Shown one piece after another: positions 27,496 to 33,978 of a DNA stretch of 40,703 nucleotides; position 1 is the first letter of the stretch; every line of letters begins with the position of its first letter. This DNA is from Spirochaetia bacterium. Its GTDB lineage: Bacteria; Spirochaetota; Spirochaetia; SPDA01; CAZSGZ01. The notes under the pieces were generated by a model. The model searched no databases, had not been told where the DNA came from, and saw only the letters and a program-made list of their open reading frames with translations. The stretch is from positions 1-40,703 of the forward strand of contig JBKHAJ010000001.1 in the NCBI GenBank assembly GCA_046542935.1, written 5' to 3'. The position numbers and the translations under genes were made by a program.

Positions 27496-27943
27496 GCTCG
27501 GGATTCGCGTTGACGTAATTCGAGATTACCTGAAAGCGCTCGAGGGACATTCCCTCATCCTGGATGATAACGGTACTTTCATCCGTAAATTCCCTATTCA
27601 GCTTTTCGAGAGACTCGGCGATGTTCTCGTACTGGCGTAATTCCGTCCGGTCTATAGTATCTTTTTCCTCGGGGAAGGAATGCAGTATCCGGTTTATCTC
27701 GTTGAAGCGTTCGGCGGAAAGGGGCGATTCCTGAACGAGCTCGTCCGCTTCTTCCTGGTAGCCCTGCTGTTTCTCGATTATCTCCTCGAGGGCGTCGAAA
27801 AACACGTCTAATTCCTCTTCGGTTACATCGTCGGGTACAGGCTCCGTCTGGCCGTCGAATCCCTGCTCTTGAGCAAATACTGTCTGAGCGGAAACGAAAA
27901 TCATCATTGTTATTAGGCACAAAACCGTAATGAATTTTTTCAT
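27473..27943 (-). CDS. secreted acidic protein with two DUF4168-like repeats
   Basis: Signal peptide MKKFITVLCLITMMIFVSAQTVFAQ. The repeated units are LSAERFNEINRIL and MSLERFQVISNYVNANPEL. AAGGAG lies before the ATG. The 3' end overlaps the aminopeptidase by 23 nt (convergent). Confidence 0.65.
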   Translation of the reverse strand: MKKFITVLCLITMMIFVSAQTVFAQEQGFDGQTEPVPDDVTEEELDVFFDALEEIIEKQQGYQEEADELVQESPLSAERFNEINRILHSFPEEKDTIDRTELRQYENIAESLEKLNREFTDESTVIIQDEGMSLERFQVISNYVNANPELMEERMN

Positions 27944-28200
27944 AATTAAAGTACTCCTTATAATTGATTTCCTTCACTATACTCGAAGCATGTCAAGAAT
28001 CCGTAGAGGAAATGTCAAGATTTATTGAAGCTGTAATATAGCACCCCGATCGTTTAAAGGTAATCCTCCGGCAGCCGGCGTATAACCGCCGAACGTCCTT
28101 TTCGTTTTACTTCTTCGTCCTGATCAAAGGCCTGCAGTGTATAGTGTCGGACTATATGTAAAGGTCCGGGGATGCATCCACCCGTCCAAGGGGCTGCGGA

Positions 28201-29511
28201 TTATCCCAAAATCTCCTTGAAAATCTTCTTGTCCTCGTTCCGCTTGTACTCGGAGTCCTTTTCGACTATGCCGTAGGGGAAATCGTATTCCTCCATGAGC
28301 GCCATGTACGGCTCGGGGGGGAAGCCCTCCGGGGCGTGGACCCCTTTGACCTCTTTCCATACCCCGGTGCCCAAGAGCTCGATGCCGACGGCCGCGCCGA
28401 AGCCGGTCTGGGCGACCACCGCCTGCATTCCCAACCGTTCCATGGTGTCCCGGTTGTCCAAGGCCTGGTAGAGGAAGACGTTCCGGTCCAAGCCGTTCTT
28501 TTTCCCGTAAACGTCGATACCGACACACATTTTTCCGTGCATCTTTTCCCCCAAGTCGGTGGGTTGGGGCGCCACCGCGGCGACCACGTCCCGGGGACGC
28601 ACCGTGCATCCGCCGACTTCGGCGGGCTCGAGGCTGCGGAGTCCTAAGGCGTCTATGACCTTGAGGGCATGAATAAGCTCGTCGCCCAAGGCGATCTTGA
28701 AGGTGCACTTCTTGAGTCCCTGAGAGGCGAGATATTTAGGCATAAAGACCGTCTCTTCATGCTCGACCTTGACGAGTTTCTGCGATCCGACCCCCTCGGG
28801 GAAGTCGAAGCTCTCCTCCCCGTCGAAGGGAGGCGCGGTGTAGTATCCCTTCTGACCGTTTATGGTGTACCCCTCTCTTGATGAGTCCCAGGCGACGTTG
28901 GGGTTCAGGCACTCGTCCAAGACGGTCCACACGTTGAAACCGAAGGCGATTTCCATCCCTTCGACCTCGAGATTGTCGCCGTCTTTGACGTGGATCTCGT
29001 CGAGCTCGTCGAATAGGTGTTTCGCCGAGAACGCCGCGAAAACGTCCACCACCCCCGGGTCTATTCCGAAGCCGATCATCGCGGTTCGACCCTTCTCGAG
29101 CCACTCCCCGTGGCGGGCGAAGTTGTACTCGCTCATCCATTCTTTGTACGGCTTGCCGAAGGGGTCGGTTTCGTCGGGGACCGACCAAGTCCCCATGCTC
29201 ATATAGTCGCAGTCCGCTTCGAAGGCGGCGTCGAAAATGTTGTTCGAAACGAAGGGCGCCGCCGCGTCCATGATAAAATCGGTATCGTGGCTGCGGGCCG
29301 TGTCGACGATACTCCTTTTGTCGGTTGCATCGAGGCGGACCGGAACGTACCGGGGGCCGCCCCCGAGGCGCTTCGCCACCTCCTGCGCCTGTTTTTCGTC
29401 GTAGTCGGCGAGGACCACCTTTTCGAGCCACTTTCCTTCGGTGTCGCGGGAATTAAGAATTTTCGCAATAGATTCTCCCACCCCGCCGGTGCCGACCATC
29501 ATCATTTTCAT
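28201..29511 (-). CDS. saccharopine dehydrogenase-family NAD(P) oxidoreductase, paralogue 3
   Basis: Rossmann MKMMMVGTGGVGE, plus GFGIDPGVVDVF, VEHEE, RPRDVVAAVAP, QAVVAQTGF and EKDSEYK, all shared blockwise with paralogue 1. GGAGGA lies upstream. It starts 21 nt downstream of the AOR stop. Confidence 0.85.
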   Translation of the reverse strand: MKMMMVGTGGVGESIAKILNSRDTEGKWLEKVVLADYDEKQAQEVAKRLGGGPRYVPVRLDATDKRSIVDTARSHDTDFIMDAAAPFVSNNIFDAAFEADCDYMSMGTWSVPDETDPFGKPYKEWMSEYNFARHGEWLEKGRTAMIGFGIDPGVVDVFAAFSAKHLFDELDEIHVKDGDNLEVEGMEIAFGFNVWTVLDECLNPNVAWDSSREGYTINGQKGYYTAPPFDGEESFDFPEGVGSQKLVKVEHEETVFMPKYLASQGLKKCTFKIALGDELIHALKVIDALGLRSLEPAEVGGCTVRPRDVVAAVAPQPTDLGEKMHGKMCVGIDVYGKKNGLDRNVFLYQALDNRDTMERLGMQAVVAQTGFGAAVGIELLGTGVWKEVKGVHAPEGFPPEPYMALMEEYDFPYGIVEKDSEYKRNEDKKIFKEILG

Positions 29512-29532
29512 TCTGTTCCTCCTCTGCTGCTT

Positions 29533-31344
29533 TCAGTCCATCCGGGACAGATATGCCTCGTAAGCTCCGACAAACTCCTCTTCGATGCCGAGATTCCGGA
29601 GTTTCTCCGGCATCGGGCGGCCCCGCTCGTCCCAGCCGCGGAAGGCGTAGTATTCGTCCATGGCCCGGTCGAAGGCTTCCCGGGTCATCGGCTTGTCCTT
29701 GGGAGGACCCTCTTTGAGGAGCTCCTCGTAGAACCGTTTGGGGAGTATATCTTCCGACCGGTCGAAGCCGGCCATGATGTTGAACATCCGCTGGAGGTTG
29801 AAGATCCGCTCGCCCATGGTGTCGACTTTCTCCGCAGGCCACTCCCCTCCGTAGGTCGCCGCGTAGAGGCGGCCCAAGGTCTCGCTCGAAACCGGCCAGA
29901 AATCGCAGATTCCCATGGAGAACTTGGCGAATTGGGCGTTCTGCATTTCTGCGACCAGCTCCGCTTTCCCTTCGAAGGTAAAGGGGTCCAGGGTTCCCCA
30001 GGCCTCCTCGGCGATAGGGTAGGCGCTCATGTGGCATCCCCCCCGGGGGGCGGTAACGTAGGCGATCCCCATGCCCCAGGAGCCCCGGGGATCGTAGCCG
30101 GGGAGTTCGAGACCTTTTACCTGCATGGCGTATTCGGGGGCTCCGTATTCGGCGGCGAGGCTTTTAGATCCGTAGGCGGCTTTGTCTCCCAAGCCGCGGC
30201 GATGGGCGATATCCTCGAGAAGATTCAAAGCCTTGTCGACCTCCCCGAAACGGATATCGAAGTCGTGGATGCCCTTCTCAGTCGCCTCCATCATGTAGGC
30301 GATGGTCCCCCCGGCGGAGATGGTGTCCAGTCCCAGATCATCGCACCGGGCGTTGAACTCGATGAGCTTTTCTCTGCTCCCGTTGCCGATGGATGAGCCG
30401 CCTAGGGCGATGGTCTCGTACTCCGGTCCCTCCACCCGGGCCCGACCGTCGGCTACGTAGTTTCCGCAGGCGATTCCGCAGGAGAAGCAGGCCTTTTTGT
30501 TTTGCCTTACCGATTTGAGGCTCGTCCCGTCGATGGCCTTGTATTCCGAAAAAGTCCCCTCCTGGAAGTTGTAGGTGGGGAGGAGCCCCGAATCCTGGCT
30601 GAGATCGACTAAAACGGGGGTGCCGAACTCGTAGATCTCGTTTCCCGGAGCGGTTACCTCGTCCCGCTCGTGGAGCTCCGCGGCTAACGCCATACAGCCT
30701 TCGACGTCATCAACATGAACATCGAGCCATCCCCGGACGGCCACCGCCTTGAGGTTCTTATCTCCCATCACCGCGCCGATACCCCCGCGGCCGAGCTGCC
30801 GGTAGCGCTCGGAGGAGATGCACGAGTAGAGGACCCGGTTCTCCCCGGCCGGGCCTATGCACATGATCTTGACCTTATCGTCGGCCAAGGCGGATTTGAG
30901 CCCCGATTCGGTATCGAAGGTCCCCTTGCCTGTATATTCGGATGCATCCCGGACCTCGGCCCGGTCAGGGTCTATATAGATGTAGGACGATTTCTCGGCC
31001 CGGCCCCGGATCACCACGGCATCGTAACCCGCGTACTTGAGCTCGGCCCCGATGTGCCCTCCCACACTTCCGTCGGTTATGGTTCCGGACTGGGGGGATT
31101 TCGTCGCCACGGCGAGCTTCGCGGTGCACGATACGATGGTTCCGGCCATGATCGAAGTGGCCAGCACGATGCAGTTGTCCGGTGAAAAAGGATCGGTATC
31201 GGGGGTTATCTCGTCCATGAGAATCCGTGAGGCCAGTCCCTTCTGTCCCGCGTAGAGATCCACCCACTCTTTGGGGGTTTCTCGGACCTCGACGGTCTTC
31301 GAGCTCAGATCGACGTAGAGCATCTTTCCCATAAGACAATTCAT
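29533..31344 (-). CDS. aldehyde:ferredoxin oxidoreductase (tungstopterin AOR family)
   Basis: The AOR N-terminal domain pattern is GKMLYVDLS...YAGQKGLASRIL...GGHIGAELKYAGYDAVVIRG. The [4Fe-4S] ligand motif is CFSCGIACG. Its 603 aa matches the length of AOR sensu stricto. The start has an ATGA overlap with the ferredoxin stop (alternative ATG at 31332). Confidence 0.9.
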   Translation of the reverse strand: MNCLMGKMLYVDLSSKTVEVRETPKEWVDLYAGQKGLASRILMDEITPDTDPFSPDNCIVLATSIMAGTIVSCTAKLAVATKSPQSGTITDGSVGGHIGAELKYAGYDAVVIRGRAEKSSYIYIDPDRAEVRDASEYTGKGTFDTESGLKSALADDKVKIMCIGPAGENRVLYSCISSERYRQLGRGGIGAVMGDKNLKAVAVRGWLDVHVDDVEGCMALAAELHERDEVTAPGNEIYEFGTPVLVDLSQDSGLLPTYNFQEGTFSEYKAIDGTSLKSVRQNKKACFSCGIACGNYVADGRARVEGPEYETIALGGSSIGNGSREKLIEFNARCDDLGLDTISAGGTIAYMMEATEKGIHDFDIRFGEVDKALNLLEDIAHRRGLGDKAAYGSKSLAAEYGAPEYAMQVKGLELPGYDPRGSWGMGIAYVTAPRGGCHMSAYPIAEEAWGTLDPFTFEGKAELVAEMQNAQFAKFSMGICDFWPVSSETLGRLYAATYGGEWPAEKVDTMGERIFNLQRMFNIMAGFDRSEDILPKRFYEELLKEGPPKDKPMTREAFDRAMDEYYAFRGWDERGRPMPEKLRNLGIEEEFVGAYEAYLSRMD

Positions 31345-31751
31345 TCCTTTACCCTCTCCCTATCCCGGACGGATATGACGTCCTTCGGACACCACTCGAC
31401 GCATTTCGGCTCGCCTCCGCACAGGTCGCAGATAATCGATTTCTTGTTTTCATTCAGATAAATAACCTGCGTGGGGCAGGTTCGGACGCAGGTGCCGCAG
31501 CCGATGCAGGTGTCGTGATCCACCTCCATCCAGCGCCCGGTGTTTCGTATCGAATCGGTCGGACATGCCTCCTCGCACTTTCCGCAGAGGGTGCAGTGCC
31601 GCGATTTTATCCGAACGCCGTCGTCGGTATACTCGTGGATGATCTCGAGCCGGGCCTTCTGCGGATTGAACACCCCGTCGTGAGAGCCGGAGCAGGCGAG
31701 CTCACATAGTTTGCACCCCGTGCACTGGGAATAATTGAATCTTAAGGGCAT
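31341..31751 (-). CDS. polyferredoxin, four [4Fe-4S]-type Cys motifs (AOR electron-transfer subunit-like)
   Basis: The four Cys clusters are CTGCKLCELAC, CTLCGKCEEACP, CIGCGTCVRTCP and CDLCGGEPKCVEWCP. GGAGG lies upstream of ATG 31751. Confidence 0.9.
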   Translation of the reverse strand: MPLRFNYSQCTGCKLCELACSGSHDGVFNPQKARLEIIHEYTDDGVRIKSRHCTLCGKCEEACPTDSIRNTGRWMEVDHDTCIGCGTCVRTCPTQVIYLNENKKSIICDLCGGEPKCVEWCPKDVISVRDRERVKE

Positions 31752-31868
31752 GGACCCCTCCTTTTTCGGTCTTCTGTAATAGTATTCCCACCTCGTCGAA
31801 CGCGCAATTCAAATACGATCGATTTACCCAAATATCAGATTGATATTAGAACTGAAAAATGTTACCGC

Positions 31869-31896
31869 TTGACTTTTCATCCCGCCGGGTTATCAT
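31869..31896 (+). promoter_or_regulatory. candidate sigma70-type promoter for the ThiS/MoaD-like gene
   Basis: TTGACT (31869-31874), 16-nt spacer, TATCAT (31891-31896). The predicted TSS is about 31903-31905, at the GTG. Confidence 0.35.
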
Positions 31897-31904
31897 TGCA
31901 GGAC

Positions 31905-32108
31905 GTGCTTCGAGTGAACGGCAGGACAATTCCCTGGCATGAGGGAATCACCTTTCCCGAGATCTACTCCGCCTTGGGTTACACCCTGAGCGAACCCCTG
32001 GTCGTGGTCCGGGTAAACGGAACGCTTGTCGATAAGGGGAAAAGGGAAGGTTTCTCCATTCCCGACGGCGCGGACATCGAAATTATAAACAAGCTTCGCG
32101 GGGGATAA
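31905..32108 (+). CDS. ThiS/MoaD-family ubiquitin-like sulfur-carrier protein
   Basis: The C-terminus ends ...INKLRGG-stop (diglycine). The length is about 67 aa if GTG 31905 is used (MLRVNGRTIPW, cf. ThiS M.I.VNG). Start is uncertain (TTG 31869 / TTG 31896 / GTG 31905 / GTG 31914) and there is no clear SD. Confidence 0.65.
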   Translation: MLRVNGRTIPWHEGITFPEIYSALGYTLSEPLVVVRVNGTLVDKGKREGFSIPDGADIEIINKLRGG

Positions 32109-32148
32109 TCCGGAGTAAGGCTAATTTGGACTGAAGGAACGTGCAGGC

Positions 32149-33882
32149 ATGATTAACAAACGTATACTGGCGGCGGGAGTGCTCTCCATCGCGGTGATCG
32201 TAGGATTTGTGATGCTCCAAAATCGGGTCATCAGCCCCAAGGCGGCTCCGCCGGAGGCTCCCGGCGAGGTAGCGCAGGACGAGCAGCAGCCCGTGGAGCA
32301 GTTCGATGACCCGGCTGAAACCCGTGTCCCCGCTCTCGCGGAACTCCCGGAGCTCGACATCGCTCCCGCGGGAGCACTTCCCGGCGGGGAGCAGACCGCC
32401 CGGACGGTGCGCCTGGAAACGGGGGTCTACACGGCGGAGTTCTCCACCAGGGGTGGTACGGTCTCGTCCCTTAGGCTTAAAAGTTTTACAACCCCCGAGG
32501 GACAGCCCGTCGAGATGATTTTAAACGGCTCTTCCGAAATCTTGCCTTTCACCCTCACCTTCGGAAACGTCCACAACGAGCCGCTCGATGAGATCTTCCG
32601 AAGCTCCGTGGATGAGGAGAGGGGGGAAGTCCGCTTTTCTAGGGACTTCGTCGTCGACGGTCGTACCTTTACCTTGGAAAAAACGTACACTTTCCCCCCC
32701 GACGAGTACGCGATGCGCTTAGCCGTCACCATGACCGCCGCCGACGGAGAGGATCTTCCCGTAAACAGGAATGGAATTTCCTATACGGTGAGCTTCGGAC
32801 CCCAGATAGGACCTACCTACACCAAGCTCGACGACAGGAGTGATTACCGCTACTACAGCTTCTTCGACGGTGAAGAGAAGAAGAGCATGCGTACTTCCAC
32901 CGAGAAGATTACCCACATCGAGGAGGAGATGGAGTGGACCTCCGTCGAGGGAAAATACTTTACCGTCATCGGGGTCCCTACGGAATCCCACTTCATAGTT
33001 ACCGACTCTACACCGGCCGCGGGAGTGGACAGGCACTCTTCGTTCCATTTCACCTTTCCCGAGATCGATGCCTCCCGGCATTCCAGTGAGACTTACTTTT
33101 ATATAGGACCTAAGAAGAAGGAACAGCTTTTTAGATACAACCGGGCGGATTCGAATTACTTCGGCCTCGAAAACATGCAGTTCGATACCATGGCTTCCAA
33201 CGTCAAGATCTTAGGAGTTCTCTCGGAGATCTTAGGGGGTATTATAACGGGTATTCGCTACGTGACCCGGAACTACGGCCTTGCGGTCATCCTCTTCGCG
33301 GTCATAGTACGTCTGGCTCTCATTCCCCTGTCATGGCGAAACTTCCGGGACAACCGGAAGATGCGGGAGCTCGAGCCCAAAATTGCCGAGATACGCCGAC
33401 GCTACCAGTACAACGGAGCTCAGGCCAATCAGGAAATTACCGAGCTCTACCAGCGTGAGAAGATAAGCTCACTACGGAGGCTCCTCCCGCTGTTTATTCA
33501 GATCCCCATCATCATAGCCCTCTTCAGACTGTTTTCCACCGACTTCGATTTCAGGGACGCCGCTTTTCTCCCGGTCTGGATCGAACGCCTCTCCTCCCCC
33601 GATTCGATAGTGGAGTTTCCCTTCACGGTGCCCGTGGTCAAGTGGGATGCCTTGAGAATTCTTCCCTTTATCATGCTGGCAACGACCCTGGTGCAGACCC
33701 GGATTACCCAGCCGCCGGCCGAGGGGAGCACCGGGCAGAAGATCATGTCCTACGCGACCCCGATCCTCATCTTCCTGATCCTGTACAACATGCCCTCGGG
33801 GCTGGTTCTCTACTGGCTCGTCTACAACGGATTGGGTATCGCCGAACATTACGTCTTCCGGAGGCGGTACGAGGAGTCTTGA
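32149..33882 (+). CDS. yidC: membrane protein insertase YidC (long periplasmic-domain form)
   Basis: An N-terminal TM and a large P1-like domain are followed by a C-terminal 5-TM Oxa1 core. The core has the characteristic RLALIPLS..R....M..L.P and PSGLVLYWLVYNGLGI motifs. Confidence 0.9.
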   Translation: MINKRILAAGVLSIAVIVGFVMLQNRVISPKAAPPEAPGEVAQDEQQPVEQFDDPAETRVPALAELPELDIAPAGALPGGEQTARTVRLETGVYTAEFSTRGGTVSSLRLKSFTTPEGQPVEMILNGSSEILPFTLTFGNVHNEPLDEIFRSSVDEERGEVRFSRDFVVDGRTFTLEKTYTFPPDEYAMRLAVTMTAADGEDLPVNRNGISYTVSFGPQIGPTYTKLDDRSDYRYYSFFDGEEKKSMRTSTEKITHIEEEMEWTSVEGKYFTVIGVPTESHFIVTDSTPAAGVDRHSSFHFTFPEIDASRHSSETYFYIGPKKKEQLFRYNRADSNYFGLENMQFDTMASNVKILGVLSEILGGIITGIRYVTRNYGLAVILFAVIVRLALIPLSWRNFRDNRKMRELEPKIAEIRRRYQYNGAQANQEITELYQREKISSLRRLLPLFIQIPIIIALFRLFSTDFDFRDAAFLPVWIERLSSPDSIVEFPFTVPVVKWDALRILPFIMLATTLVQTRITQPPAEGSTGQKIMSYATPILIFLILYNMPSGLVLYWLVYNGLGIAEHYVFRRRYEES

Positions 33883-33978
33883 CGCCCCCGGAAAGAGGAG
33901 TCCAGCTTGACACCCGGGAGTCCTTTCCTTCATAGTGGAATGTAACCATTTTCCCCACTGAACCGGAGGCAATTACGC

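Noticed and set aside
29017-30396. 459-aa plus-strand ORF spanning the SDH3/AOR region
   Set aside because: It is antisense to two ORFs with unmistakable family motifs. The translation is R/G/P/H/V-rich and low in complexity, with no motif, as expected for a shadow ORF in high-GC DNA.
33890-33928. Possible terminator after yidC (GGAAAG...CTTTCC with internal GGAGTCC copies)
   Set aside because: The internal GGAGTCC elements are direct repeats, not inverted repeats, so only a 6-bp outer stem with a large loop can form. No U-tract follows.
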